Shown here in pieces: positions 1 to 9,471 of a DNA stretch of 64,000 nt (the first letter of the stretch is position 1; every line of letters starts with the position of its first letter). Both the position numbers and the translations under genes were made by a program. This DNA comes from a virus. The DNA is taken from the IMG/VR virus record IMGVR_UViG_3300050119_000072, positions 1 to 64,000 of that record; one strand, 5' to 3'. The notes below the pieces were generated by a model. The model was not told where the DNA came from, made no database searches, and was given only the letters and a program-made list of their open reading frames with translations.

Positions 1-95
1 TCTAAAGTTCGGCGGCCACAAAAACTCAGCGCCGTTTCCTTCTGCGGTTGTCGCCTTCGATGATCGCGTGAGAATGTGGAAACATAATTATTGGG

Positions 96-380
96 ATGCC
101 CGTCAAGCATCCCAGTCAAAATAGGAGCCGGATCGTGTCGCGTCTTGAAGGGCCACCAGGGAACGAGAGGCGAGAATGCTTCGGGCCTAACTGTCCCAAG
201 CCGGTTCTCCGGCGCTATGCCGGCAAGTCAAAATATTGGAAGCATGTTGGCCCGTCATTCGGCTACAAAGGAAACGACTACTTTTGCAGTTTACAATGCG
301 CGATGGATTGGGCGGTTTTGAAATGCAGTTCCGGCTCTGAATACGATGGGCCGACAGAGCCGTTCGTAATGACGCCTTAG
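96..380 (+). CDS. Hypothetical protein (Cys-containing)
   Basis: 94 aa ORF, CxxxxC and FCSLQC motifs, tandem with next ORF. Confidence 0.5.
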   Translation: MPVKHPSQNRSRIVSRLEGPPGNERRECFGPNCPKPVLRRYAGKSKYWKHVGPSFGYKGNDYFCSLQCAMDWAVLKCSSGSEYDGPTEPFVMTP

Positions 381-396
381 ATTCAGAGGAGCCAAA

Positions 397-594
397 ATGG
401 CCGACGAGAAAGTTCAACGCTGCGGCAGCGAAATGGCATGGGGAAATTGCCGCTTCCGTGGTGCCGAGGAAAATAAGACCGAGGACGGCTGCGAGTGTAA
501 GGCACCACGCGAAATGTATTTCGATTGCGAATACCGCGCGATCTTCAAGCCGCAAGTCATAGATCGAATTTGGCCGGATAGGGTGGAAAAATGA
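397..594 (+). CDS. Hypothetical Cys-rich protein
   Basis: GAGGAG SD upstream of ATG. Confidence 0.55.
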   Translation: MADEKVQRCGSEMAWGNCRFRGAEENKTEDGCECKAPREMYFDCEYRAIFKPQVIDRIWPDRVEK

Positions 595-696
595 CCGCGC
601 TCGTTATCTGCATCATCCTTCGGGTTGTAGATCGCGCATGTCATCTGATCTGGGCGCGTGAGTGTGCGGCCAAGGCCGCGAGCTAGAGGAGGGCCA

Positions 697-960
697 ATGC
701 CGCAAGTGCTAAACCAACGCCGCGATGGTCGCCCGGATGGGTCGGTCTACATCGGGCGCCCTTCAAAGTGGGGCAATCCGTTTGTTATCGGCAAGGACGG
801 CTCGCGCGCCGAGGTCATCTTGAAATATGAAAACTGGATTTGCCAAAGCATGTTGGTAGGTCAACTCGACGAGTTGAAGGGCAAAGACCTGGTATGCTGG
901 TGCGCGCCGGCAGGGTGCCACGGCGACGTGTTGCTGCGATTGGCAAACCCACATAATTGA
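697..960 (+). CDS. DUF4326 family protein
   Basis: VYIGRPSKWGNPF and GKDLVCWCAP..CHGDVL signatures; GGAGG SD. Confidence 0.9.
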   Translation: MPQVLNQRRDGRPDGSVYIGRPSKWGNPFVIGKDGSRAEVILKYENWICQSMLVGQLDELKGKDLVCWCAPAGCHGDVLLRLANPHN

Positions 961-968
961 GGAGCGCG

Positions 969-1187
969 CTATTTCAGCGTAAATTTCCGGTTTCCGATTG
1001 CGACGTAGCCGGTGACCTCTCCGAGCTTCTTGGCTTCCTCACAGAGTTTTAGTGCCTTCTGGCCTTCGGCTGTGAGATCGCCGATCGTCATGTTGTCTTT
1101 GGCTGGATAGCTCACCGAAAGCATGATGGTGACCATGTCCATCTTTTTCGCTGTGGCTGGATTGGCTGGCGGTGTTTGCGCGTTCAT
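969..1187 (-). CDS. Hypothetical protein
   Basis: 72 aa, GAGGA SD, last gene of leftward arm. Confidence 0.65.
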   Translation of the reverse strand: MNAQTPPANPATAKKMDMVTIMLSVSYPAKDNMTIGDLTAEGQKALKLCEEAKKLGEVTGYVAIGNRKFTLK

Positions 1188-1194
1188 GCTGTCC

Positions 1195-1641
1195 TCATTG
1201 AGGTGATGGCTCCAGCCTCGGCTGCGGCGTCACGCGCGGAACCGGATCGCGTGACATATTTTCCCACTCTCGCTCTGTGCAGACGCGCATGGAGCGCCCG
1301 GGGCGGCGCAACATGACGTGCCCCTTCACGCGCGCGATCATGCGAATTTCCCCAAATGTGTCGTACCGGCGCTCATCCGGGTAAATGGCTTTGATTTTGG
1401 CTTGGAGCCTGTTGGCGCGCTTTTCAGCCCGGAAGCGGTCGCGGGCGAACGCCGTAAGGGCTTTGCGGAGAGCCAGCGGCAAGCGACCGCGTCTGGTCAC
1501 CCCGGCAAAGGCAGCAACGGGAAAACCAATCCGCGCAAGCTCGCCCCATGCCTTGTCGATCTCTTTCTCGCGCGCGACAGCACGCAGTCGCAAGGATCGG
1601 CTCACAGGATGCGGGCGTTCGATGGTGCGCGGGCGGCTCAT
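1195..1641 (-). CDS. Hypothetical basic protein
   Basis: Start re-called at MSRPRT (GAGGGG SD), overlaps stop of upstream ORF. Confidence 0.55.
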   Translation of the reverse strand: MSRPRTIERPHPVSRSLRLRAVAREKEIDKAWGELARIGFPVAAFAGVTRRGRLPLALRKALTAFARDRFRAEKRANRLQAKIKAIYPDERRYDTFGEIRMIARVKGHVMLRRPGRSMRVCTEREWENMSRDPVPRVTPQPRLEPSPQ

Positions 1642-1796
1642 CGGATGCGTCCCCTCAGTTCCACGGGAAGACCGTTGGCGTCTAGGTCCGGACGTAAGCT
1701 TATCAGCGCCCAATGCAAAGCGAAGACGATGAAGAAGGCAACGGCGATTGCGGCGAGGGAGCCGAGAATGGCGTGGATGGCGTCGCGGAGGATCAT
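1638..1796 (-). CDS. Small membrane protein
   Basis: MILRDAIHAILGSLAAIAVAFFIVFAL hydrophobic helix; AGGAG SD; ATGA overlap. Confidence 0.6.
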   Translation of the reverse strand: MILRDAIHAILGSLAAIAVAFFIVFALHWALISLRPDLDANGLPVELRGRIR

Positions 1797-2656
1797 GCTG
1801 CGTCTCCTATGCGATCGAACAGGGGGCCATGCCCGAGCGCGGCAACGCAGGCCGGATTGAGCCATAGAACCTCGGTGCGCTTGCGCGCGCCATCGGCTAG
1901 AGCTGCTATCTCCACTCGGCGCCAGCCCGTCAACCGCTTTTCGTACAGGGCAGAGGCGTAACCTGAGAGCGCCACCATGCCGGTGAGGGACCGCAGCGCG
2001 GTCATGAGGTGCGCATGCTGGCGCGCCGTCATTTCGTGGCTGTAGGCGTGATAGCGGAGTTTTCCGCGACGGCTCTTGTTCGAGCGCGTTTCCGGCATGT
2101 AGGGGGGGTCGACGTAGTGCAGCGTGTCCGGGCCGTCGTGGCGGCGCATCACGTCAACCGCCGGCCGGCACTCGATGACCACACCGTCGAGGCGGTCAAC
2201 AATCAGACGGTAGCAGTCCCGTAGGTTGCGCCAGTCGTGCGCCGGCGTAGTGCCTGATCGGTTCGATGCCGCCCTGAATCCGGTGCGGACCTGGGCGTTA
2301 TGGCCATCGGAGCCAAACCCCATGAAGGATCGAACGACCAACCGCCGCGCTCGCTCAACGGGGTCCTTTGTTTCTTGGTACGATAATTCAAACTCGCCGC
2401 GCGCAAACGGCGTCAGTTCCAGGGCCGCGATGAGATCCGGGGCCTGTGACGACCGCAGGACGCGGAACAGGTTCACCACCTCAACGTCGAGGTCGTTGTA
2501 AATCTCGGCGTAGCTGCGCTCCTTCCGCAGCAGTACGGAAGCCGCGCCGCCATAGGGCTCGACATATACCCGATGCGCTGGAAAATGCGCAATAATCCAT
2601 GGGGCGAGCATCCACTTGCCTCCGTGCCAGCGCAGGACCGGGCGCGTTGGTGTCAT
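1793..2656 (-). CDS. dam: DNA adenine methyltransferase (Dam/D12 class N6)
   Basis: WHGGK, YVEPYGGAASV (motif I), YNDLD, YVDPPY (motif IV), LSGY, EVLWLN. Confidence 0.92.
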   Translation of the reverse strand: MTPTRPVLRWHGGKWMLAPWIIAHFPAHRVYVEPYGGAASVLLRKERSYAEIYNDLDVEVVNLFRVLRSSQAPDLIAALELTPFARGEFELSYQETKDPVERARRLVVRSFMGFGSDGHNAQVRTGFRAASNRSGTTPAHDWRNLRDCYRLIVDRLDGVVIECRPAVDVMRRHDGPDTLHYVDPPYMPETRSNKSRRGKLRYHAYSHEMTARQHAHLMTALRSLTGMVALSGYASALYEKRLTGWRRVEIAALADGARKRTEVLWLNPACVAALGHGPLFDRIGDAA

Positions 2657-2658
2657 AG

Positions 2659-2865
2659 CTACCGCTTCCCCAGACTGCGCTGCAGTTCCTCGGCTTGGCG
2701 CTTCCACCGCTCCTGCACGGCGCGTCCGGTGGGGGATTTCATCGGTGTGCCACGGATGGCCTTGTTCGTGCAGCCAAGACAGATGCCGCTATCGACGGCA
2801 CCTCCCTTCCCGCACTCGGCGCATTTCCGGTCGAGGTGCACGGTAACGGTTGGGGCGCTGGTCAT
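2659..2865 (-). CDS. Small zinc-ribbon protein
   Basis: CAEC...CLGC; coupled to neighbours. Confidence 0.6.
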   Translation of the reverse strand: MTSAPTVTVHLDRKCAECGKGGAVDSGICLGCTNKAIRGTPMKSPTGRAVQERWKRQAEELQRSLGKR

Positions 2866-3113
2866 GCTGCATCTTCCTTTGGTTTTGCCGCCTTTGGCTT
2901 GCCGGCGGCGATCCACTCGACGAGATCTGCGCGATTGTCCTTGACCCAATTCAATGTCTCCAAGGCGGTCTCCATGATGGCGACGTGCATGTCGGCCTCG
3001 GCTTGGCTGCGGAAGGCTTTGCCGGCGCCGATCTGACGAGGGTAAACCTTGGCCCGCATTTTCAATTCGCGCTCAACCTCGGAGATTTGGGCCTGGATGG
3101 AGTGCTTGCTCAT
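2862..3113 (-). CDS. Conserved-looking phage hypothetical protein
   Basis: QISEVERELKMRAKVYPR helix motif; ATGA overlaps. Confidence 0.7.
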   Translation of the reverse strand: MSKHSIQAQISEVERELKMRAKVYPRQIGAGKAFRSQAEADMHVAIMETALETLNWVKDNRADLVEWIAAGKPKAAKPKEDAA

Positions 3114-3307
3114 TCCGGCCACCGTCCCTTTCCACAATCACCGCACTGATGCTGCCATAGGCCGTCGCTTTCGCGCTTGCGCCCGCGCCAGCCGTCCTCT
3201 TTCGCCCGGCCCCACAACGCGCCGAATTCCTCGCCATCGCTGCCGGCGATGAACTCGCCGCAGCCGTCGCAGACAAAGTTGATGACGCCCTTCTGCCGCT
3301 CGATCAT
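3110..3307 (-). CDS. Small zinc-ribbon protein
   Basis: CDGC ... GW ... HQCGDC. Confidence 0.7.
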   Translation of the reverse strand: MIERQKGVINFVCDGCGEFIAGSDGEEFGALWGRAKEDGWRGRKRESDGLWQHQCGDCGKGRWPE

Positions 3308-3708
3308 CGGCGCCCTCGCAGGTCGTTGCGGCTCATGATCTTGCGGTTGCCTTCGGGGAACGGTCGCGACGGTATCTTCTGCTTACGGCGTGGCTTATTG
3401 AGCCCCTGCGCCCGCCGCACCTTGGCGCGTTTGTTTGCGTCCGAGCCCGCGCTGGTCGCCGGCGAGCCATAGGTCTTTATTGAGTTGCAGCTCGTGCGGC
3501 CGCCCTGCGTACACAGCGCTTGAAAGGTATCCGGCTCGTCGCTGCCGGTGAACACCCTCTGGTCGATGTGGTCAAATACGCAGGTCTTGGCCGTGATCGG
3601 AACGCCGCACTCAATGCCCCGATTCGGCAGCCCTGGGCACTTGCCGCCCTGCCGCGCGAGGATTGCGGCCTTCTCTTTGTCGGTGAGCTTGCGGCGCCGA
3701 TCGGCCAT
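3304..3708 (-). CDS. HNH endonuclease-like protein
   Basis: QGGKC..C..FDH...QALC..C..KT with basic tail. Confidence 0.75.
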   Translation of the reverse strand: MADRRRKLTDKEKAAILARQGGKCPGLPNRGIECGVPITAKTCVFDHIDQRVFTGSDEPDTFQALCTQGGRTSCNSIKTYGSPATSAGSDANKRAKVRRAQGLNKPRRKQKIPSRPFPEGNRKIMSRNDLRGRR

Positions 3709-3941
3709 TAGACGCGCTCCAATCGCAGGGGCAGGATCGCATGCGCCTCGTCGGCCGGGGTGGTAACCACGCCTTCGCTCACCTGTTCGGTCCCGCGATG
3801 GATGGCGCGGCGCATCGCGTCGATGAAATCTTCGCTCTCCCGGCGCCGGCGCACTAGCCAGAAGCTTCCATCGGTATCCCCCTCGTCGTCAGGATCGAGA
3901 CCGTGCGGCGGATGACGGCACTTTTTCCCCTTGGTGCTCAT
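3708..3941 (-). CDS. Hypothetical protein
   Basis: GGAGG SD, overlaps neighbours. Confidence 0.55.
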   Translation of the reverse strand: MSTKGKKCRHPPHGLDPDDEGDTDGSFWLVRRRRESEDFIDAMRRAIHRGTEQVSEGVVTTPADEAHAILPLRLERV

Positions 3942-4153
3942 TGCGCCCTCCAATACACGCGCCGGAAGCCCTTCGGCAGAGGCTCGGAGGATTCATGAAC
4001 ACGCCCGGTGGCAGCGAGGGTGCGGCAAGCGTTGTTGACCGTTGTTGGCGACCAGCAATCGATGCGCTTCCAAATTTCGCGGGAGCATCGCGGCTTGGCG
4101 TCGATTGCCGCCTCGACCATGGCAATCGTTTGCGGGCTCTGATGTGTAGTCAT
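3938..4153 (-). CDS. Small winged-HTH-like protein
   Basis: SREI...SPTTVNNACRTL...GRV pattern; AAGGAGG SD. Confidence 0.55.
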   Translation of the reverse strand: MTTHQSPQTIAMVEAAIDAKPRCSREIWKRIDCWSPTTVNNACRTLAATGRVHESSEPLPKGFRRVYWRAQ

Positions 4154-4311
4154 GTGGCCTCCTTCTTTTTACGCGGTGCTCGTTTAACGGGGATGGCGGC
4201 GACAGCCCGCCGCAGGTCGGGAACGGATTGCGCTGGCAGCTTGGCACTCTTGAAGCGCTGCTCGCGCATGGCGCGGAGAGCATCGGCCTTTGGCGAAGGC
4301 TGCTTGCTCAC
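4150..4311 (-). CDS. Small basic protein
   Basis: GTG start with AGGAG SD, overlaps both neighbours. Confidence 0.5.
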   Translation of the reverse strand: MSKQPSPKADALRAMREQRFKSAKLPAQSVPDLRRAVAAIPVKRAPRKKKEAT

Positions 4312-4604
4312 GCCACGCGCTCCTGCTTCTTTGCCACGGACGGCGCCGGCTGCATGAGGCGGCGAATGGCGTCGACAATGGCGCTTTCCATATCGTCTTC
4401 GCCGGTCTGTGAATTGAGGCAAGCTATCCCGTCCACAAACCATCGCTTGGTGACGATGCCATCAAGGCTCTTTAGTTCATCGCAGCGCGATAGGCGCGGG
4501 AATTGCTCGCAGCGATACCACATGCGCCATTCGCCGCTCGGGAGGACGATCATATCGCCTTCCGTTTTGTACGTGGCTCGCTTTATGTCGGCTCCGGTAA
4601 TCAT
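4308..4604 (-). CDS. Hypothetical protein
   Basis: Start MITGAD with GGGAG SD. Confidence 0.55.
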   Translation of the reverse strand: MITGADIKRATYKTEGDMIVLPSGEWRMWYRCEQFPRLSRCDELKSLDGIVTKRWFVDGIACLNSQTGEDDMESAIVDAIRRLMQPAPSVAKKQERVA

Positions 4605-4623
4605 GCGCGGTGGCTCCCTCTGT

Positions 4624-4872
4624 TCAAGTCGTGAATTTCTTATCGATATGCACTTTCGTATTCGGGCCGATGCCGCCGGCAAAGGCCTCAAGCAAGACCT
4701 GCTCTGTCTCGGCGGCGGTGATGAGAATGTCGTGGGGAATGTCCATGTCGGCGGCTTTGATCTCGATATAGCCGCTCAAGCCCATGGAGCGGAGACGATC
4801 GAGATTGGCGTGTGACAGGCCAAGCAGCACAACGCGGGTGCCATCGGGATTTACCAGGATGGCTTTCATCAT
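4624..4872 (-). CDS. Hypothetical protein
   Basis: 82 aa, VLLGLSHANLDRL motif, coding-like composition. Confidence 0.65.
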   Translation of the reverse strand: MMKAILVNPDGTRVVLLGLSHANLDRLRSMGLSGYIEIKAADMDIPHDILITAAETEQVLLEAFAGGIGPNTKVHIDKKFTT

Positions 4873-4986
4873 GCCGCAACCCCGCTTATAGGTGCCACCC
4901 TGGCCGCCGCGGGAATTGTGGGGGGATCGGCAGCCAGGGTGGGCTTTACCGCAGCGTCGGGGGAACGGACGCGTGCGGATGGGGAA

Positions 4987-5430
4987 TTACCAAGGACATG
5001 CCTCGCCGACCAGGTCCTGGACGCGGGCGTAGACATCGCGGCGCTCGACGCGCGGAAGATAGAGTTCAAAAATCTTTTCCACGGACTCGGCGCGGAACAC
5101 CGAGAAGTCCGGGCCCGACATGGCGTCGAAGGCAACCGACTTGTATTGCTTCCACGTCCCAAAGACTGGCGACGTGTAGACGTTGTGCCAAAGCTGGCAG
5201 TGGTCTTTGAGCTCCAGCTTGAGTATTTCTGGCGGCTTGCCGAGTCCCTCGGCAACCACCCCGACCAAAGCGTGCCACCACCGGTTTTCCGGTGACGATC
5301 GGTCGTAACTGATGCGGACCACGAGCGGCTTGCCACGGCGCACGCGCTCGAGCACCGCAAGATCATCCATTGTGCAGGGGATGATGCTCGGGGTCGGCCG
5401 CAGGGTGAATTCACCGCGAAATGCCACCAT
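4987..5430 (-). CDS. DUF1367/NinB-like recombination-associated protein
   Basis: RS..NR.WHAL...KSVAFDAM...F..F pattern, next to YqaJ/ERF. Confidence 0.6.
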   Translation of the reverse strand: MVAFRGEFTLRPTPSIIPCTMDDLAVLERVRRGKPLVVRISYDRSSPENRWWHALVGVVAEGLGKPPEILKLELKDHCQLWHNVYTSPVFGTWKQYKSVAFDAMSGPDFSVFRAESVEKIFELYLPRVERRDVYARVQDLVGEACPW

Positions 5431-5465
5431 GTCCGTTGCTCTATCATCTGCTTACTTTCGTTCCG

Positions 5466-6107
5466 TTAACCGTTGCCCATGGCTTTGATCTTCTCGACTA
5501 GGCGCCGCAGCTCATGGTCGAAAATCTCGATGGAGTTGCTCAATTCCTTGATAAAGACCGGGTCGCGCTTGACCGGGAATATCGGCGCCTTCGGCATGCC
5601 GCGGTAGAAAAGCATGAGGTCGATCTCGTCCAATTCGCCGACCATGATGCCGCCCTGGACCTGGGCGCGGTGCTCTGGCGGCATGATGTCGCCCTTGAGC
5701 AATTGCGCGATCAATAGGTCCGGCGCCATCGTCTTGATCTCAAGCGCCTTCTTTTTTCCGATCAGGCCATCCGGGCTGTAGCCGACGATGACGTTAGTGC
5801 CCTTGATGGTGTTGCGGATAAAGCCGGTTTGGGTCACCTCGACGTTGCGGATGAAGGCATAATAATCGCGCGCTGCGGCCTCCATCCGGTTTCCTCGATC
5901 GGTATATTTGTTCGAGTATTCCTCTGCCGGCGCGCCCGTGAGCCGTTCGCCGGCCAAGCGGTAGAGCAACTTGCGGCGGGTCTTTGATGCCTCGCCGTCC
6001 TTGGCGTCGGCAAGGATGGTGGCGAAGTTCGATGCCGTCGGCAGGCCAAGCCGCAACAGCTTCCAATCCTCGGTCCCCTGGACCACGTCGTCGAACCGCT
6101 CGATCAT
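5466..6107 (-). CDS. YqaJ-like (lambda exonuclease family) recombination nuclease
   Basis: QGTEDW..LRLG..TAS, RG..ME..AR, YSPDGL, LEIK, QVQG. Confidence 0.92.
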   Translation of the reverse strand: MIERFDDVVQGTEDWKLLRLGLPTASNFATILADAKDGEASKTRRKLLYRLAGERLTGAPAEEYSNKYTDRGNRMEAAARDYYAFIRNVEVTQTGFIRNTIKGTNVIVGYSPDGLIGKKKALEIKTMAPDLLIAQLLKGDIMPPEHRAQVQGGIMVGELDEIDLMLFYRGMPKAPIFPVKRDPVFIKELSNSIEIFDHELRRLVEKIKAMGNG

Positions 6108-6355
6108 GGTGCGGCTCTTCCTGTAGTGTCCCGGTAAATCAGCCCAGGTGCGATCACGCACTCGTTCGGCGCAAGCTGGGAGAGGGCGACAAGACCGTCG
6201 TCGTCCTCGACGGCAATCCGGTCGAACACGCTCTTAGCGCCGGCAGCCGTTACGATGTAGGCCGGGATATCCAATCCGTAATGGCTGCCGCAGGACGGGC
6301 CGTGCTCGACGATCTTCCGCTCGTCGTTCATGCTGGTTGTCGTGGTATCGATCAT
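6104..6355 (-). CDS. Hypothetical protein
   Basis: ATGA-coupled between ERF and exonuclease. Confidence 0.55.
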   Translation of the reverse strand: MIDTTTTSMNDERKIVEHGPSCGSHYGLDIPAYIVTAAGAKSVFDRIAVEDDDGLVALSQLAPNECVIAPGLIYRDTTGRAAP

Positions 6356-7161
6356 GCCGCAGTCTCCCCCTGCTCGCCTGCCGCCTTCGCGGCGCCTGCC
6401 CGGAAGCCATTAAGCGCGGCGACGGCCTCGTTGAAGCGCTTGGCGGGGATCGAGGCGTAGCTGTCCACGCCCATAAAAGCGCAGAACTTGCGCTTGTCGA
6501 CGCCGTATTTGTCGGACTTGTCGATCAGATCGTCGAGCTGCTTGTCGCTGACCACCGCGTTGGAGCCGACGCCGTCGTTGTCCTCGCCGATCAGCGCCAC
6601 GTCAAAAATCAGCACTTTGAGATAGCGGCGCCCGTAGCTCACGGTCGAGCCAATTCCCTGCACGCCGGTCTTGTTGGCGCCCCCCTTTGGCCCGGTCATG
6701 TCGCTGGGCAGGTCAATGAAATAGTCGCGCGAGTGGCCGGCAACGTGCGAGAGCTTCGCCGTGATGCGGTAATGGCCCGGCATGTTGCTGTCGGCGGTGC
6801 CGTAGGAGAGCGAGAACCCGTATTTGTGCGCCACGGGGTCGATGGCGTCGCTGATATCTTCGAGCGCAGCGTACTTGTTGTTCTCGCCCTTCTTGCGCTT
6901 GACGACTCGGGGAAGCGCGACCTGGGCCATTTGCAGGGCTTCGTTGAATTGCAGTTCGGCGATGCGGGCCTTTTCAGCGTTGCCCATGTCGATCAGCGCC
7001 TGCATCTTGCCGACATCGACGGACGGGTCCTTTGCCGCAGCCAGCAATAGCTCTAGCGTGGTCCGGGGCGGTGCGGCGATCGCGATAGCGGTGCCGGTGG
7101 TCTGCTTGTGGACCGCGACGGCGCGGGATTTGGTCTTGGCTTTGGTTTTCTTCTTCGTCAT
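6352..7161 (-). CDS. erf: ERF family single-strand annealing protein
   Basis: KYAALEDI...GFSLS...LSH..GH...QGIGSTVSYGRRYL...EDNDG. Confidence 0.92.
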   Translation of the reverse strand: MTKKKTKAKTKSRAVAVHKQTTGTAIAIAAPPRTTLELLLAAAKDPSVDVGKMQALIDMGNAEKARIAELQFNEALQMAQVALPRVVKRKKGENNKYAALEDISDAIDPVAHKYGFSLSYGTADSNMPGHYRITAKLSHVAGHSRDYFIDLPSDMTGPKGGANKTGVQGIGSTVSYGRRYLKVLIFDVALIGEDNDGVGSNAVVSDKQLDDLIDKSDKYGVDKRKFCAFMGVDSYASIPAKRFNEAVAALNGFRAGAAKAAGEQGETAA

Positions 7162-7409
7162 TGGTCTCTCCGATCGGGCGTGCCAAACTCGGCGTTATAC
7201 ATTTTCTCCCAGTGCCGTCCTTCGCGCCATTGATCGAGGCGGAACAGCCACCATCGCCAGCGCCACACGCGCGTCACCGGCTCTTCGCGGCTTTCGTCCT
7301 CATTGCAGCAACGGCATCCGTAAAATTCCGGCTCGTAGTAGCCGTCCACAAAGCCGCCTTTGCCGGCGCAATGTGGGCAGACGGGGCGAATAAAGTCGAA
7401 CAGCGCCAC
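7158..7409 (-). CDS. Hypothetical zinc-finger protein
   Basis: CPHC.GKGG...CRCC; GTG start. Confidence 0.55.
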   Translation of the reverse strand: MALFDFIRPVCPHCAGKGGFVDGYYEPEFYGCRCCNEDESREEPVTRVWRWRWWLFRLDQWREGRHWEKMYNAEFGTPDRRDQ

Positions 7410-7411
7410 CC

Positions 7412-7771
7412 CTAAGCCCCCTCGTCCTGATCGCAATTATTCTCTTCCTCGCTGCATTGCGAGGACGTGCCACGCGAGGCGCCTGCCAACCGGGCGGTTT
7501 CTTGCTCGCGGTACTCCAGCGGGCGCACCGGGCGCATGTCGCCGTCATAGGCATTTTTGATGTGGTCGCGCACAATGTCCTCTGTGCACGGGCGCAGGGC
7601 GTAGACCGAGCTACAGCCATAGAATTCCGTGACCGTCTTGTCTGTCGTCACCGGAATATCGATGCGCAGCAATTTGCCGCCGAACATTTCCACGTCCTTG
7701 ACGTACCCGCAGCGCTGGCGGTGGCCCATCAGTTCAAGGATCGCCCACCCGTCGAATTGAACCTCTGCCAT
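7412..7771 (-). CDS. Conserved phage hypothetical protein (SH3/Sm-like)
   Basis: WAILELMGH...G.V....FG..LLRIDIP motif. Confidence 0.75.
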   Translation of the reverse strand: MAEVQFDGWAILELMGHRQRCGYVKDVEMFGGKLLRIDIPVTTDKTVTEFYGCSSVYALRPCTEDIVRDHIKNAYDGDMRPVRPLEYREQETARLAGASRGTSSQCSEEENNCDQDEGA

Positions 7772-7774
7772 GTC

Positions 7775-8053
7775 CTATTTCCCTTCCTCGTTTGGCTTGC
7801 CGTATTCAAGAACGTATTTTTTGGCGTCATCCTTCGACATCGCCTCACCTTCCCAATCGTTGTAGATGTCGCCTTTCACCTCGTCGATCAGATCGCAGAT
7901 GATCTGCTTTTGCTCGGGCGTGTCGTGTTGGGCCATCGCGCTCATGGATGAACCGAGTTCAACGTACCGCTTCATCATCTCCATGCAGCGCGGGCTCTCG
8001 TTCTCAAAGTCCCATCCCTTGAGGGTGCCCCACTTCAATGTGATTGCTAACAT
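7775..8053 (-). CDS. Conserved phage hypothetical protein
   Basis: LKWGTLKGW...I.NDW.G...AK.YV..Y; GGAGG SD. Confidence 0.7.
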   Translation of the reverse strand: MLAITLKWGTLKGWDFENESPRCMEMMKRYVELGSSMSAMAQHDTPEQKQIICDLIDEVKGDIYNDWEGEAMSKDDAKKYVLEYGKPNEEGK

Positions 8054-8265
8054 GCAGAATCCTCCCTCACATACGGGCCTACCAGTTTCATCCCGCGATT
8101 GCGGACGCTGTGATCCGCGCAGGCATCGCACATGCGGTAGGGGCCTTCGCTGCTTCCCGGCCGGTTCACGTCGATGATCTTCGTTGCCGGCTGGTTGCAG
8201 GGGAGAACGCCGCCGCCCGGCAGGGCGACGACCTCTTGGCATCTGCCGGGCTGAGCTTCGATCAT
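8047..8265 (-). CDS. Small Cys-rich protein
   Basis: C..C..MCDAC; overlapped stops/starts. Confidence 0.55.
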   Translation of the reverse strand: MIEAQPGRCQEVVALPGGGVLPCNQPATKIIDVNRPGSSEGPYRMCDACADHSVRNRGMKLVGPYVREDSAC

Positions 8266-9206
8266 CGCGTCACGCCTTTTGTGCGCCAGCCGATCTCGGC
8301 GCCCGCCATCTTCTCGTTGTGCCCGGTCGCGCGGGCCCACTTGCGGACGGCCTTCTCGACCTCGTCGTCGGAAAACATATTCCAGACCTTGACCTTGTCG
8401 AGTTTGTCGCGATCAGTGACGTAGGCGTAGGACTCCCGCGCCTTCGTGAGCGTGACGCCAGCGCCGTCCTCAGTTACGCCACGGGTTCGGACGAGATCGG
8501 CCGACTTTGCCAACGTCGCTATATGGGCGTCTTGAGCTGCGTCGATCGCCTTCTGCGCATGATGCTCGGCGCCGATCGCTGTCCCGGCTTGAACACCCGC
8601 CGCTTGCGACGCCTGGGTCGCGATCTCCGCTTTGATCTCGATCTGGGCAGGAGCGCGAGCGCGCTCAGCTTCGAGCTGCCGCTCTTCCGCCGCGCGTTTC
8701 AGCCGATCTTCTTCGGCCCGCGCTCGGTCAGCCCTTTCCTGCGCTTCGCGCGCAAGCCGTGCAGTTTCCGCCGCCTCAATGGCCAGTCGTTTGCGCTCGG
8801 CCTCTTCCTTGCGGTCCTGGTGGGCATTGATCTTCGCCTGCAAGATGTCGATCCAGCCAGGGCTGGTCCGGCGCTCGTTCTTGTCCTCCGGCTGGATCAT
8901 CTTCTGGAGGCCCTTGAAGAAGGCGTTGGCCGCGTTCATGCGACGGAGGTTAGGCTCAACCTCGACGACGCGGGTATTCTCCAGCCGCGCATAAAGATCG
9001 CGGAACCGCTTGATGATGCCGCCGGTCTGCAGCGCGGTCGGATCGTCGGTAACTTCCTCGATCTTCTTGGCCTCCGCTCCCAACTCTTCGAGCGTGTTCA
9101 CAAGGCCACGGCATTCGTCGACGAGGCGCGCGGTCTCCATCTTGGCGTAGTCGGGCGCCTCGTTTGAGCCGATGACGGCGCGCGGGTTAGCGGCTGCGGT
9201 GTTCAT
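8262..9206 (-). CDS. Coiled-coil protein (Gp157/Gam-like architecture, uncertain)
   Basis: IGSNEAPD N-terminus, long E/A/R heptad region, C-terminal GAEI motif. Confidence 0.7.
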   Translation of the reverse strand: MNTAAANPRAVIGSNEAPDYAKMETARLVDECRGLVNTLEELGAEAKKIEEVTDDPTALQTGGIIKRFRDLYARLENTRVVEVEPNLRRMNAANAFFKGLQKMIQPEDKNERRTSPGWIDILQAKINAHQDRKEEAERKRLAIEAAETARLAREAQERADRARAEEDRLKRAAEERQLEAERARAPAQIEIKAEIATQASQAAGVQAGTAIGAEHHAQKAIDAAQDAHIATLAKSADLVRTRGVTEDGAGVTLTKARESYAYVTDRDKLDKVKVWNMFSDDEVEKAVRKWARATGHNEKMAGAEIGWRTKGVTR

Positions 9207-9220
9207 TGTCGGTGTTCCCT

Positions 9221-9466
9221 CTATGCGGCGTGTTTGCCGCGAACGGGAAGCTTCGCAGCCTCCCACCAATCACCATCCGGTAGCTCGATCAGCACGTAGG
9301 GATGGTCCTCGACCTCCATGCCGAATTGATCGCAGGTGACGGCCATCGCGGCGCCTTCACCCATCATTTCCTCGTTGGCCTCAAGCGCCACCTCAAAGTC
9401 GATCGCCTTGCGCTCTGCCTTGGTGAGGTGGCCGGATCTCAGAACCTCTTTTACGTCCCTGCTCAT
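9221..9466 (-). CDS. Hypothetical acidic protein
   Basis: Coding-like codon use; GAGG SD. Confidence 0.6.
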   Translation of the reverse strand: MSRDVKEVLRSGHLTKAERKAIDFEVALEANEEMMGEGAAMAVTCDQFGMEVEDHPYVLIELPDGDWWEAAKLPVRGKHAA

Positions 9467-9471
9467 GACCC